Source of the DNA: Bacteroidetes bacterium UBA1941
GTDB lineage: Bacteria > Bacteroidota > Bacteroidia > Chitinophagales > LD1
Assembly (NCBI GenBank): GCA_002336805.1
Contig: DDEZ01000012.1
Location: 111,054-175,053, forward strand
DNA length: 64,000 nucleotides
Direction of reading: 5' to 3'
Shown: piece after piece, positions 46,796 to 57,002 of the stretch
How positions within the stretch are numbered: position 1 is the first letter of the stretch
Layout of the letters: every line of letters begins with the position of its first letter
Position numbers and translations under genes: made by a program
Notes under the pieces: generated by a model
The model's input: the letters and a program-made list of their open reading frames with translations, nothing else
The model's database searches: none
What the model was told of the DNA's origin: nothing

Positions 46796-47482
46796 ATGCA
46801 GACTAAGATGGTCGTCTTTGACATGGCAGGCACCACGGTAGAGGACAGTGATAACGTACACCAGTCCTTTATGGATGCCATGAAGGCCAAGGGCTACGAA
46901 GTGACCCGCGATGAGGTCAATAAAGTAATGGGCTATCCAAAACCTTTTGCCATAGAGAGTATGCTGGAGGAGAAGTTTCACCTGCCCGCCGGCGAGGAGC
47001 GTACCAGGCTCACGCACGAGATACATGACATCTTCCTGAATGACATGGTAAACTTCTACAGTACCGATCCGGGTGTGAAGGGCAAGCCTAATGTAGAAGG
47101 CATCTTCACCGAGCTGAGGAACCGCGGCGTGAAGGTAGTGATAGACACCGGCTTCTCCCGCCCGATAGCGGATGCAATATTCAACCGCCTCGGCTGGAAA
47201 GACAAAGGCCTGTACGACTACAGCGTGACCAGCGATGAGGTGGAGCGGGGGCGTCCATACCCCGATATGATACTGAAAGCAATGAGCCACTACGGCCTGA
47301 CCGACTCAAAAGAAGTAGCCAAAATAGGCGATACGCCATCAGATCTGATGGAGGGTATGAGTGCCAATTGTGGCCATGTGATCGGCGTGACCTGGGGTGC
47401 CTACCGCCGCGACCAGCTGGAAAAAGAAAAGTATACCCACCTCATAGACGACCTCTCTGAGATCCTGACCCTACTCAACTAA
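46796..47482 (+). CDS. Phosphonatase-like (PhnX-like) HAD-superfamily hydrolase
   Basis: The N-terminal motif is VVFDMAGTTVED (DxAGT instead of DxDxT). A cap-domain Lys candidate is present, and the C-terminal motif is KIGDTPSDL. Confidence 0.8.
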   Translation: MQTKMVVFDMAGTTVEDSDNVHQSFMDAMKAKGYEVTRDEVNKVMGYPKPFAIESMLEEKFHLPAGEERTRLTHEIHDIFLNDMVNFYSTDPGVKGKPNVEGIFTELRNRGVKVVIDTGFSRPIADAIFNRLGWKDKGLYDYSVTSDEVERGRPYPDMILKAMSHYGLTDSKEVAKIGDTPSDLMEGMSANCGHVIGVTWGAYRRDQLEKEKYTHLIDDLSEILTLLN

Positions 47483-47484
47483 AG

Positions 47485-48810
47485 ATGCAGATCACTCAAC
47501 GCTTCTTTCAAAAGCAACTTCGTGGCAATAAGGTATTGCTCACGATCTATGCTTCTATCGTATGCTTCTGCACATACTCGTGTATGTACGCCTTCCGCAA
47601 GCCTTTCTCGGCGGCGCAATACCAGGTGGGGGATATAGACTTTAAGGTCATACTGGTGATATCTCAGGGTATCGGGTACATGATCAGCAAATTTGCGGGC
47701 ATCAAGATCATCTCTGAGATGCGTGAGCGCGGCAGGGGCAAGGGTATCCTGATGCTCACAGGCATAGCCGCTGTAGCACTGTTCTTCTTTGCGGTGACAC
47801 CATATCCGTACAATGCTGTCTTTATGTTCATCAATGGCCTGCCACTGGGTATGATCTGGGGGCTGGTCTTTGGCTATGTAGAGGGCAGGCGCAGTACAGA
47901 GTTTATCGGGTCTATGATGTGCGTGAGCTTTATATTTTCCTCAGGGTTTGTAAAGCAGGTTGGCTCCTGGCTGATGAAGGACTACCATGTGAGCGAATAC
48001 TGGATGCCCTTTGCCACCGGCATGATCTTTATGCTGCCTATGATCTTCTTCGTATTGCTGCTGGAGCAGATACCACCACCAGATGCTGATGACATAGCCA
48101 ACCGCACAGAGCGCAAACCAATGACTGCAGACGACCGTTCTGCCCTCGTAGCCAAATTCCTGCCCGGGCTCATCGCGTTGGTCATCACCTATGCGCTGCT
48201 CTCTATCGTGCGTGACCTGCGCGATCTCTTCATAGCCAATATCTGGAAGGAAAATCACTATGACAATGTGAAAGACATCTTTACCAGCACGGAGAATACT
48301 ATCTCAGTGATCGTACTCTTTGCCATAGGCCTGATGATAGTGATCAAGGATAACTTTACAGCCTTCCTCGTCAATCATGCGATGGTGGCCGTTGGTTTTG
48401 TTTTTGCCGGCGTATCATCCTACCTCTTTGCCCAGGGCACTATCACTGCGTATAACTGGATGCTCTTTGCAGGATTGGGCCTCTACCTCGCTTATGTACC
48501 TTTCAATGCACTCTTTTTTGAGCGCCTGCTGGCGGCATTCCGCTATACGGCCAATGTCGGCTTCCTGATCTATATCGCCGATTCATTTGGGTATCTGGGC
48601 AGCATTGGCGTCTTGCTTTTCAAGACCTTTGGCCTCAGCCATGATATGCAGTGGACCAGCTTTATGTCTACACTGATCATAGGTACCAGTGTGGTGGGGC
48701 TGTTAGGTATTATGCTCTCTTTCTCCTACTTCAACTGGAAGTACAAGGCTGAAAATGTGGCGGCTAGCGAACCTGCTACCGCAGAAAAGCCGGCATCCAT
48801 CGTTTCTTAG
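47485..48810 (+). CDS. Polytopic (~12 TM) membrane protein, DUF5690-like putative transporter
   Basis: 441 aa and hydrophobic throughout. It starts 3 nt after the PhnX-like stop. The family name is from memory only. Confidence 0.7.
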   Translation: MQITQRFFQKQLRGNKVLLTIYASIVCFCTYSCMYAFRKPFSAAQYQVGDIDFKVILVISQGIGYMISKFAGIKIISEMRERGRGKGILMLTGIAAVALFFFAVTPYPYNAVFMFINGLPLGMIWGLVFGYVEGRRSTEFIGSMMCVSFIFSSGFVKQVGSWLMKDYHVSEYWMPFATGMIFMLPMIFFVLLLEQIPPPDADDIANRTERKPMTADDRSALVAKFLPGLIALVITYALLSIVRDLRDLFIANIWKENHYDNVKDIFTSTENTISVIVLFAIGLMIVIKDNFTAFLVNHAMVAVGFVFAGVSSYLFAQGTITAYNWMLFAGLGLYLAYVPFNALFFERLLAAFRYTANVGFLIYIADSFGYLGSIGVLLFKTFGLSHDMQWTSFMSTLIIGTSVVGLLGIMLSFSYFNWKYKAENVAASEPATAEKPASIVS

Positions 48811-48834
48811 CCCGAAATCCGGTATTTTTGCCGC

Positions 48835-49206
48835 ATGGCAAAGAAGGTCGATCCCAATCTCCTGCGTAGCTACATGATGGGCGCTGCTGATCCTGTGAAA
48901 GGGGTCAAGAGCAATGCCTCCATGTTTGGCGAAGAGGTAGACCTGCACGTAGACAGCAGCCAGTTTAGCGGCGGCAAAAAAGAAGAAAAGTATGCCATAG
49001 AGTACCAGATAGATTCCCTGCACACAGCGCTGGATAATGCCATCATGCGTGGCAAACTGGAACTGCGCGTCATCCATGGCCTGGGCAAAGGCAAGCTAAA
49101 AGACGAAGTACATAAGATACTCCGCTCCCACCCTCACGTAAAGTCCTTTGAAAACACCTACCACGCCCGCTACGGCTGGGGTAGCACCATTGTCCATTTT
49201 AAATGA
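48835..49206 (+). CDS. Smr-domain protein
   Basis: C-terminal LRVIHGLGKGKLKDEVHKILRSHPHVKSFE, matching the Smr (small MutS-related) motif. Confidence 0.8.
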   Translation: MAKKVDPNLLRSYMMGAADPVKGVKSNASMFGEEVDLHVDSSQFSGGKKEEKYAIEYQIDSLHTALDNAIMRGKLELRVIHGLGKGKLKDEVHKILRSHPHVKSFENTYHARYGWGSTIVHFK

Positions 49207-49286
49207 CAGCGCACAAAATCGCTGTTTATAGGCGCTTATCCACAACTTTTCCACAAACTATCTTTGTAGTCTAAATACAAGTGATT

Positions 49287-49676
49287 ATGAAATGGTTTGC
49301 AAAATGTATGATCGCCCTCGCAGTAGTCTGCACCGGTGATAAAGTATCGGCCCAGATGGTAGCCGATGGTGGTATGGAAAACCCTAACGTGCTGGCCGAA
49401 GCAAAGGCACCTAGCACCTCTATCCAGAAAGAACTGAGCGTAGAGCTCAAAAATGATTGCGGCAAGCAGATAGCTATCTATGCCGGTGACAAGAAAGAAG
49501 TCTTTGGCGGCCACGCGCAGACCTTTGGCGGCATGAGCAAAAATACCATCTACGTAAAGGACGGTGATGTGGTATGCATCATGAATGACCCTAAGACCAT
49601 CCAGGCGTGCTCTATAGTAAAAGCCACGACTACAAAGATCGAAGTAAATCCGGGAGGAAACGGCTTCGTGAAATAA
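49287..49676 (+). CDS. Hypothetical secreted protein
   Basis: Signal MKWFAKCMIALAVVCTGDKVSAQ. I recognise no family. Confidence 0.55.
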   Translation: MKWFAKCMIALAVVCTGDKVSAQMVADGGMENPNVLAEAKAPSTSIQKELSVELKNDCGKQIAIYAGDKKEVFGGHAQTFGGMSKNTIYVKDGDVVCIMNDPKTIQACSIVKATTTKIEVNPGGNGFVK

Positions 49677-49703
49677 GACTTAATGTTTTGAAAAAATAGC
49701 GAG

Positions 49704-49736
49704 ATGGCCCATGTGTATGCATGGGCCATTTTATTT
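49704..49736 (+). terminator. Rho-independent terminator (possibly bidirectional)
   Basis: ATGGCCCATG(49704-49713)/CATGGGCCAT(49720-49729) hairpin followed by TTTATTT. It sits between convergent genes. Confidence 0.6.
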
Positions 49737-50058
49737 ACAGAAACTGGCCGATGGAGCGCAGGTAAGCAAAGATCAGATCGCACACTTTATGGATCTTCTC
49801 CTCTGCCAGGAAAAGCATAACGCGTGAGCGGCATTCTTTGAATACATGCTTTTTGACATCCTCTTCATACACCAGTTTGCCAGCTGATTCATCCCATATC
49901 TCTATAAAGAGATTGGTAATGACATACGCTTCATCTTCTGAAATATGAAAGTCGAGATGCTGATAGATATAGCGGATCGTCTGCCAGTAATCAGGCCTGC
50001 CCGGCACATTGAGTGCAGGGTTATAGATCATATTTGAGGTGGCTTGGTTTGTCCTCAT
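49735..50058 (-). CDS. Hypothetical cytosolic protein (107 aa)
   Basis: Clean ORF lying between the menB terminator and a hairpin terminator. I recognise no family. Confidence 0.5.
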   Translation of the reverse strand: MRTNQATSNMIYNPALNVPGRPDYWQTIRYIYQHLDFHISEDEAYVITNLFIEIWDESAGKLVYEEDVKKHVFKECRSRVMLFLAEEKIHKVCDLIFAYLRSIGQFL

Positions 50059-50143
50059 TTTTGGGGAAAAGGACGATAAAGATAAAACATTCCCTCTATT
50101 AATCCAGTAAACCTTCTATTCAATTTCACCTATGTGAGACAGA

Positions 50144-50173
50144 CAAAAAAGGGAGTAGCCTGGTGGCTACTCC
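50144..50173 (-). terminator. Rho-independent terminator after menB
   Basis: GGGAGTAGCC(50150-50159)/GGCTACTCCC(50164-50173), a 10-bp stem. On the minus strand it is followed by TTTTTT. Confidence 0.7.
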
Positions 50174-50204
50174 CTCTGAGTATTGTGTCTTAGTTTGATT
50201 GTAC

Positions 50205-51026
50205 TTATGGGAACTTCGGAAACTTGCTCCAGTCCGGTTTACGCTTTTCTATAAAGGCATTCTTACCTTCCTTAGCTTCATCGCTGAGGTAGTAGAGGAG
50301 TGTGGCGTTGCCTGCCAGCTCTTGTATGCCTGCCTGGCCGTCCAGCTCTGCGTTGAAAGATGACTTCAGCATACGGATGGAGAGTGGAGACTTCTCTTGT
50401 ATTTTCTTGCACCATTGTACCGTGGTATCTTCTAGTACTTCCAGTGGCACTACTTTATTCACCAGGCCCATATCGAGCGCATCCTGTGCATTGTACTGAT
50501 CGCAGAGGAACCATATCTCACGGGCTTTCTTCTGACCCACGCACCGCGCGAGGTATGAAGCACCAAAGCCGCCATCAAAAGAACCTACCTTAGGACCCGT
50601 CTGACCAAAGATCGCATTCTCAGAAGCGATAGAGAGATCACATACGACATGGAGCACGTGGCCTCCTCCGATAGCGAAGCCATTCACCATCGCGATCACT
50701 GCCTTAGGTATTGAGCGGATCTGTTTTTGCAGGTCCAGTACATTGAGGCGTGGTACCTGGTCCTTGCCTATATAACCGCCATTGCCGCGTACATTCTGGT
50801 CACCACCGGAGCAGAAGGCCATATCGCCCTCACCTGTCAGTATCACGATCTCTATCTCCAGGCTATCACGGCAGATATTCATCGCATCTATCATTTCCTT
50901 CACGGTGAGTGGCGTGAAGGCATTGCGGTAGCGCGGGCGGTTGATCGTGATCTTTCCTATTCCCTCGAAGAATTCAAACCTGATCTCTTCGTATTCTTTG
51001 ATGGTTTTCCATTCTCTGTTTGCCAT
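50205..51026 (-). CDS. menB: 1,4-dihydroxy-2-naphthoyl-CoA synthase
   Basis: Crotonase fold. [42 protein letters not shown]-terminus [11 protein letters not shown]. Confidence 0.95.
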   Translation of the reverse strand: MANREWKTIKEYEEIRFEFFEGIGKITINRPRYRNAFTPLTVKEMIDAMNICRDSLEIEIVILTGEGDMAFCSGGDQNVRGNGGYIGKDQVPRLNVLDLQKQIRSIPKAVIAMVNGFAIGGGHVLHVVCDLSIASENAIFGQTGPKVGSFDGGFGASYLARCVGQKKAREIWFLCDQYNAQDALDMGLVNKVVPLEVLEDTTVQWCKKIQEKSPLSIRMLKSSFNAELDGQAGIQELAGNATLLYYLSDEAKEGKNAFIEKRKPDWSKFPKFP

Positions 51027-51072
51027 ATGCTTGGTATTGTGTAGTGAGTATTGAGTAGTGAGATAATGCAGA

Positions 51073-52713
51073 TTATTTATTGTTTGCTAAGAAACTAAAA
51101 TACTCTTTGTACACCTTCTCACTGACTGCGCCGTCTGTTTTGATCTCCAGGATGGCCGGGCGGCCTTTTTGTGGTTTATAAAACTGCCCTAACACAAACT
51201 CCAGATCATCGGCGCGGTCGCAAAAATAATAAGGTATCTGATACATCTGGGCCAAATGTTCGGCACCGATATGATGCTTCGTTTCAAAGAAATCTGAAAA
51301 GCCCTCCACGCGCTGCGGGCCATCTATGAGGCGGAAGATATTGCCACCACCATTATTGATCACGATGATGCGCAGCTGTGGGGAGAGATAGTTATTCCAA
51401 AGGCTATTAGAATCGTAGAGAAAGCTCACATCGCCCAACACACAAATAGTAGGTCCAGTATACTGCAATGCCGCGCCGGCAGCAGTGCTCACAGAGCCAT
51501 CTATTCCACTCGTACCGCGATTGGCATTGACAGTCGTATCCGGACGATGGCGAAAGAATCCCGCATAGCGGATAGGTGAGCTATTGCCATACTGGATATG
51601 CGCGTCTTTGGGATAGGTTCCGGCCAAAGTCTGAAACACCTGCCAATCACTGAGTGGTAAATTGGTTCCGTATCTTTCAGTACTAGCGATAGCCTTGCGA
51701 TGCAGCGACATCCAGCTATTGCGAAAGGCTACATCCGATGATCTCGGTGCAGAAGCAGACAGCGTGGCTACCAGATCACAGATGACATGGTGATATGCCT
51801 TTGCGCCCAGACCATTCCACTCCCCCTTATCATCGGAGAGGTGGTAGTGGTGCGCAGGTTGCACTTTGCGCAGGAACTGACGGATGCGCTTGGAGACCAC
51901 CTGCCTGCCTATAGTGATGATAGTATCTGGCGCCAGCGCCTCCTGATCGCTCTCTATAGCCATCGCCAGCGTGGCATCTATATTGGTGACTGTATTAAGA
52001 CCGTGTAGATTGGCCAGCGGCTCTGTGATGATAGTCAGGCCGGTGGTAGCAGATAGTTTGCGTATCAGTTCATAGAGGCCGGCATCCGGTGCATGCATCC
52101 CGCAGATCAGCAGGGTACGGGATGTGACAGGTACCTGTACCACAGGCAGAGTGGGCAAAGCCGGCGCCGGCGCGGTGACGGTCAGACTTTTGTCTGCCTG
52201 GCCATAGAGTGGCTCGCGCAGCGGGATATTGATATGCACAGGGCCATGACCTCCGCGGGTGGTTTCTGTGATGGCCTTCGCCGCGATGGTCGCAGCCTCT
52301 GCTGGCGCATCAGGCAGGGTATAGCTGGCTTTGATATAGTTGCCATAGATCTCTGTCTGGTTGATGGCCTGATTCTCGCCTATGCCGATATAGTCAGCAG
52401 GGCGGTCAGCGGTGAGGACCAGCAGAGGCATCTGCTGGTAGTATGCTTCGCAGATAGCTGGTGCAAAATTGAGCACTGCCGTACCAGAGGTGCAAACGAT
52501 AGCCACGGGGCTACGCTGCTGCTGCGCTATACCGAGTGCAAAAAAACCAGCCACCCGTTCATCAGGTATCACCATACATTTCACATCCTTCAGCTGCGAA
52601 AACGCCAGGACCAGCGGTGCTGACCGGGAGCCGGGGGCAAACACTACATGCTTGATACCACGTATCCGGCATACTTCTGCGAGGGCTTGTATATTCTGTT
52701 TATCTGTGGTCAA
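51073..52713 (-). CDS. menD: 2-succinyl-5-enolpyruvyl-6-hydroxy-3-cyclohexene-1-carboxylate synthase
   Basis: ThDP enzyme. [21 protein letters not shown] and GTSGIDG....AAG. 546 aa, located between menF and menB. Confidence 0.9.
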   Translation of the reverse strand: MTTDKQNIQALAEVCRIRGIKHVVFAPGSRSAPLVLAFSQLKDVKCMVIPDERVAGFFALGIAQQQRSPVAIVCTSGTAVLNFAPAICEAYYQQMPLLVLTADRPADYIGIGENQAINQTEIYGNYIKASYTLPDAPAEAATIAAKAITETTRGGHGPVHINIPLREPLYGQADKSLTVTAPAPALPTLPVVQVPVTSRTLLICGMHAPDAGLYELIRKLSATTGLTIITEPLANLHGLNTVTNIDATLAMAIESDQEALAPDTIITIGRQVVSKRIRQFLRKVQPAHHYHLSDDKGEWNGLGAKAYHHVICDLVATLSASAPRSSDVAFRNSWMSLHRKAIASTERYGTNLPLSDWQVFQTLAGTYPKDAHIQYGNSSPIRYAGFFRHRPDTTVNANRGTSGIDGSVSTAAGAALQYTGPTICVLGDVSFLYDSNSLWNNYLSPQLRIIVINNGGGNIFRLIDGPQRVEGFSDFFETKHHIGAEHLAQMYQIPYYFCDRADDLEFVLGQFYKPQKGRPAILEIKTDGAVSEKVYKEYFSFLANNK

Positions 52714-52756
52714 AATACTATAGTGTCATAAGACGGGGCAAACATAATGAAAAGCA

Positions 52757-53767
52757 TTATAGCAGGCTTTTGAGGACGGCTATCTTGCGCTCACTTTCCT
52801 GCCATTCCATCTCAGGGTCACTATCAGCGGTGATACCACATCCTGCGTAAAATATCAAATGCTTTGCAGTGACCTCCATGCAGCGCAGGTTCACGAAAAG
52901 GTCAGTGCGGCCACCGCGGCCTACCGGCCCCAGATAGCCGGCATAGAATCTCCGGTCAAACCCCTCCTCCGCCTGAATGAACTTCACAGCACGTGACTGC
53001 GGCATACCGGATACAGCAGGCGTAGGATGCAGCCGCCTCACCACCTGCTGCCATAGCTGGTCCTGCCCGGAGACGACAGAGAAAGTAGTCAGCAGGTGCT
53101 TCAGGCTACCAGCCTCGCGTGTCATAGGACCTTTTGTGCTGATCTTCACGCCGGGGATCGCCGCCAGTTTCTTTCTGATAAAATCCGTGACGATGGCTTG
53201 CTCTTCTTTTTCCTTGTCGCCCCATGGCTTGAGATCTGTGATAGCTTTGGTACCGGCCAGTGAGTAGGTGATCAGTTTGCCACCCTTCTGCGCGGCCAGT
53301 ACCTCAGGGCTGGCTCCTATCCACAGGCCCACGCCCGGTATCATAGTGAGTGAGACAAAAGCTTTCGGATAGGCCTTGCAGAGCCTGTCAAAGAAAAGTG
53401 CAGGATGAAAGCCATCCGGCCGTGCCATAGACCATGCGCGGGCGGCTACGATTTTGCCATACTGCCCAGTGCCGATCGCCAGCCTGATCTTTTTGACCAG
53501 CTCGGTGAAGGAGGTACGGCTGGCAGATTTTGGCCTGCTGACAGGAGTAGCGGTAGCCGTAGCCTTTAAGCCATCTACAATGTAATAGGGCTTCTCTGCC
53601 GGGTCAAAAGGCGCGAAAGCAAATCCTTGCATCCCTTCCCTGAGGCTCCTCACTACTCCACCGGATATGTGTTGTACTGCACGCAGGCCTGGCAGGCGAT
53701 ATAGCGCCAGGGCATGCCCCTGTGAGAGGGCCAGATCATAGAGCGTAGCTGTGTCTTTGCGTGGCAA
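52757..53767 (-). CDS. menF: Isochorismate synthase (short MenF type)
   Basis: Chorismate-binding C-terminal motifs LHPTPAVSG.P, GYLGPV, R.....YAGCGI...SDPE.EW.E. TTG start. Confidence 0.8.
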   Translation of the reverse strand: MPRKDTATLYDLALSQGHALALYRLPGLRAVQHISGGVVRSLREGMQGFAFAPFDPAEKPYYIVDGLKATATATPVSRPKSASRTSFTELVKKIRLAIGTGQYGKIVAARAWSMARPDGFHPALFFDRLCKAYPKAFVSLTMIPGVGLWIGASPEVLAAQKGGKLITYSLAGTKAITDLKPWGDKEKEEQAIVTDFIRKKLAAIPGVKISTKGPMTREAGSLKHLLTTFSVVSGQDQLWQQVVRRLHPTPAVSGMPQSRAVKFIQAEEGFDRRFYAGYLGPVGRGGRTDLFVNLRCMEVTAKHLIFYAGCGITADSDPEMEWQESERKIAVLKSLL

Positions 53768-53869
53768 GGCTATTAATGCTTATCTGAAATTGTATCTTCA
53801 CAACGAAAGTATCTAAAAATAAGAATCAGGAAAGCGTCCCCTCCGCACCTGTTTACACCGCCACATTTT

Positions 53870-54490
53870 ATGATCGAAAAGGAACTCTACTTTATCCGCC
53901 ACGGTCAGACCGACCACAATAAGAAAGGCATCGTACAGGGCAAAGGCGTGAACCTGCCCCTGAATGAACTGGGCCAGAGGCAAGCCAGAGGTTTTTTTGA
54001 AATGTACAAAGGGGTACCTTTTGACAAGATCTATACCTCTACCCTACTGCGTGCGCAGGAGACGATCTACCCTTTTCGCGAGCTGGGTTTTGATTTCGAA
54101 CCGAGGCCGGAGCTGGATGAGATCAGCTGGGGCGACATGGAGGGCAATGCCACTGTGATGGAAAACAGCGACGATTTTCGCAACCTCACAGATCAATGGA
54201 AAGCTGGTAACGACCACGCCAAGCCTGAGGGCGGTGAGAGCCCCCATGACCTGCAGACCCGACAGCTCCGCTTCATAGAGCACCTCAGGAGCCAGCCGTA
54301 CAAAACAGTGCTGGTGTCTATGCATGGCCGAGCTATCCGCTGCATGATGTGTACGCTTACGGGTACGCCTCTAAAGAACATGGAGGATTTCCCACACGTG
54401 AACCTGTCACTCTACAAAGTAAACCTGCTGGACGGCGGTAAGTTTGAGATAGAAAAGTTTAACGATACTGCCCACCTGGAGAATATCTGA
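53870..54490 (+). CDS. Histidine phosphatase (phosphoglycerate-mutase-like) family protein
   Basis: The RHG motif LYFIRHGQTDHN and the downstream VSMHGRAIR. Confidence 0.85.
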   Translation: MIEKELYFIRHGQTDHNKKGIVQGKGVNLPLNELGQRQARGFFEMYKGVPFDKIYTSTLLRAQETIYPFRELGFDFEPRPELDEISWGDMEGNATVMENSDDFRNLTDQWKAGNDHAKPEGGESPHDLQTRQLRFIEHLRSQPYKTVLVSMHGRAIRCMMCTLTGTPLKNMEDFPHVNLSLYKVNLLDGGKFEIEKFNDTAHLENI

Positions 54491-54494
54491 TGGC

Positions 54495-54848
54495 CTAGCC
54501 CCTGCTGGTTTCCCAGTCGGCCGTTTTCTTGGCCAGTTGCTCTGCAAACGCCTTCACCTCATCCTTTACATAAGGATTTTTAGTAGCCTTCTGATAGGAG
54601 TCTGCCATAGACAGCAGCGTCTGGAAGAAATGCGAGTGCATCTCATCGGTGGTCATCTCATTTGTCCAGAGGTCTATCTTGAGGGTTTCCTTGCTGGCAG
54701 CATCCCATATAGATACCATGATAGATTTGCAGTCGCGCAGCTCCTGGGTCTTGGTATCAGTAGCCTGCCACTTGATATCCACGGGCACGTTCTGCTCGTT
54801 GAGGCCTATTTTAAATCTTATCTCTGACTGTTTAGCGATCTTAGACAT
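54495..54848 (-). CDS. gldC: Gliding motility-associated protein GldC
   Basis: 117 aa. SEIRFKIGLNEQNVPVDIKWQATD...MVSIWDAASKETLKIDLWTNEMTTDEMHSHFFQTLLSMADSY closely follows GldC sequences as I recall them. Confidence 0.85.
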   Translation of the reverse strand: MSKIAKQSEIRFKIGLNEQNVPVDIKWQATDTKTQELRDCKSIMVSIWDAASKETLKIDLWTNEMTTDEMHSHFFQTLLSMADSYQKATKNPYVKDEVKAFAEQLAKKTADWETSRG

Positions 54849-54861
54849 TTTTAGTTTTTAT

Positions 54862-55470
54862 TCAGCTATTCCATTTCTTGACCAAATCTATAAATTCCTC
54901 CTGTATGCTGCGGGTAGCATCCTGTGCATACCAGGCATGTATCATGCGCACCTTATCTCCAAAGGAAATATCAGTACGGTCTTTATTCTCCAATACTATC
55001 CGCTGTAGTGCCTGCGGGCGCGGCCCCCAGGTGCCGAGCTCCTCTCCGGTGTCTGTACGGAGGCAGATCAGCTTGGGTATAGAGCGGCTGCCGCCAGTGG
55101 TATAGTGATCGAGCACCTCGGGATATGCGTCGCTCTGCAGCACCCTGAAGTCTATCCTCTCGCTACAGGTAGAGAAAGTGTAAAGCGCGCCTATCTCCTG
55201 AGATACATCTCCGCACCACGGCTCTGCCAGTACCACCCAGGTCCAGTGGTCGCGCACGGTACTCAGCTGGTTATACAGCTTAGATTCTATATTGATAGAT
55301 GACAGCACGTGATCCATGCGCTTCAGGTTCTCTCCTGTGTAGCGTAGCATCTTCTCCTGCCGGTATAGCTCGGGGCGGTCCTCACTCTCTACGTAGTGCC
55401 TGACGAGGGCATAGTATTGCTCCCAGCTCAGTGTCTGGCCGAGTATTTCCTGTGTGATGTGACCTGGCAT
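54862..55470 (-). CDS. Thioredoxin-fold family protein
   Basis: WVVLAEPWCGDVSQ (CxxD/S-type thioredoxin-like motif). I chose the ATG at 55470 (MPGHITQ...). Confidence 0.7.
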   Translation of the reverse strand: MPGHITQEILGQTLSWEQYYALVRHYVESEDRPELYRQEKMLRYTGENLKRMDHVLSSINIESKLYNQLSTVRDHWTWVVLAEPWCGDVSQEIGALYTFSTCSERIDFRVLQSDAYPEVLDHYTTGGSRSIPKLICLRTDTGEELGTWGPRPQALQRIVLENKDRTDISFGDKVRMIHAWYAQDATRSIQEEFIDLVKKWNS

Positions 55471-55629
55471 ATGCGGTGCCAAAATACATGATTTTGCGCA
55501 AGCTACATGGCGTATGGCTGCACATCTGGTATACCATCCCACCTGGACCTACTCTTAAAAATTTACAACCGGCCATAGCAAATGACTGCATAGTCGTACC
55601 TTGCAGCCGCTAAAAACCACCTCCGCGCC

Positions 55630-56487
55630 ATGCTAAGAGTAGACTGGACAAAATTTGAGACCTATAGCGAGCCGATAGCCATCATCATCATCTCCTACGT
55701 GATAGCAAAGCTCCTGAGCCTCATCATACGCAGGTATATCCGCAAGTCGGCCAATGTCATGCACTTTGACCCGACCAACTATAACTTTCTGCAGAATGCG
55801 ATGAGTTTCATCGTTTTCATCTGTGCCACGCTCTTTATTTTCTGGCGTATCCCCACGCTACATAGTTTTGGAAAGACACTCTTCGCCGGTGCAGGGATAG
55901 CAGCTGCCATCATCGGTTTTGCATCTCAGGAGGCCTTCTCCAATATCATCAGCGGTGTTTTTATCGTGATATTCAAACCATTCAGCGTGGGGGACTACAT
56001 TAAACTACTAACCAGCAATCAGATAGGGATAGTAGAAGACATCACCATCCGCCATACCATCATCAAAAGCATAGAGAACCGCCGCATAGTGATCCCTAAC
56101 TCCGTGATCAGCCGCGAGGCGATCCTGAATAGTACGATCAAGGACCCGCGGGTCAAATTTAACCTCGAAGTAGTGGTGGTCTATGAAAGTAACATAGACA
56201 GAACCCTGGATATCATGAAGGAAGAAGCGCAAAACCACCCTGATTTCATAGACGGCCGTACGGAGGCGCAAAAGCGCCAAAATGAGCCGATGGTAGTGGC
56301 CAAAGTAGTAGCCCTGGAGGATAATGGTGTCCGCTGCCGGGCGTATGTCTGGGCGCCAAACAACGATGTTGCCTTTGAGATGAAATGCGATCTGCTCAAG
56401 ACCATAAAGGACCGTTACGACCAGGAGGGCATCCAAATATCTCATGCTCAGCGCCTCATGGGTCTTAATACAAAGAAATCAGTGTAA
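55630..56487 (+). CDS. Small-conductance mechanosensitive channel (MscS family)
   Basis: Three N-terminal TM segments, then FKPFSVGDYIKL...GIVEDITIRHT.I......V.IPNS. Confidence 0.88.
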   Translation: MLRVDWTKFETYSEPIAIIIISYVIAKLLSLIIRRYIRKSANVMHFDPTNYNFLQNAMSFIVFICATLFIFWRIPTLHSFGKTLFAGAGIAAAIIGFASQEAFSNIISGVFIVIFKPFSVGDYIKLLTSNQIGIVEDITIRHTIIKSIENRRIVIPNSVISREAILNSTIKDPRVKFNLEVVVVYESNIDRTLDIMKEEAQNHPDFIDGRTEAQKRQNEPMVVAKVVALEDNGVRCRAYVWAPNNDVAFEMKCDLLKTIKDRYDQEGIQISHAQRLMGLNTKKSV

Positions 56488-56586
56488 CATTCCTTACGGA
56501 TAACACGTAAGAAACTGTGGACAACTTCGTCCAAAAGCTGACAACTCCCGCACCCCCTTTTCGTAAACACAACTAAAACGACGGAT

Positions 56587-57000
56587 ATGCGTGCGATCAT
56601 CAGCATCCTTGTGTGGGCTTCTGTATTAGCTATACTGGCCATGGTCAGCAGCTGCTCCAAGACCAATAGCCACACCTTCAAACTTTATTTCTATACTACC
56701 AATACCACCATGCCCAAGGTGTATGTGATACAGAATGGCAAGAATATGGGGCAGGTCCCGCTGCTGCAGTCAGATCCTGCTGCTGTAGACTCTGTACACC
56801 AACTGATGGTCTCCACACACGATGCCTCTGCTGAAATAGACCTGGCAGATGCGCAAGGGCATGTAGTAGAGATGATAACTTATAAGTTTCACGATGACGG
56901 GTCCTTCAAAGAAGGCGGCGGTGGCTACCTGCTGTATGATACCTGGCAGAAAGAGCCATACCATCTGCTGCTCCGCCTGAATGGCCAGTTTAAGCTCTGA
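56587..57000 (+). CDS. Hypothetical lipoprotein
   Basis: MRAIISILVWASVLAILAMVSSC|SK lipobox. Confidence 0.55.
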   Translation: MRAIISILVWASVLAILAMVSSCSKTNSHTFKLYFYTTNTTMPKVYVIQNGKNMGQVPLLQSDPAAVDSVHQLMVSTHDASAEIDLADAQGHVVEMITYKFHDDGSFKEGGGGYLLYDTWQKEPYHLLLRLNGQFKL

Positions 57001-57002
57001 TC

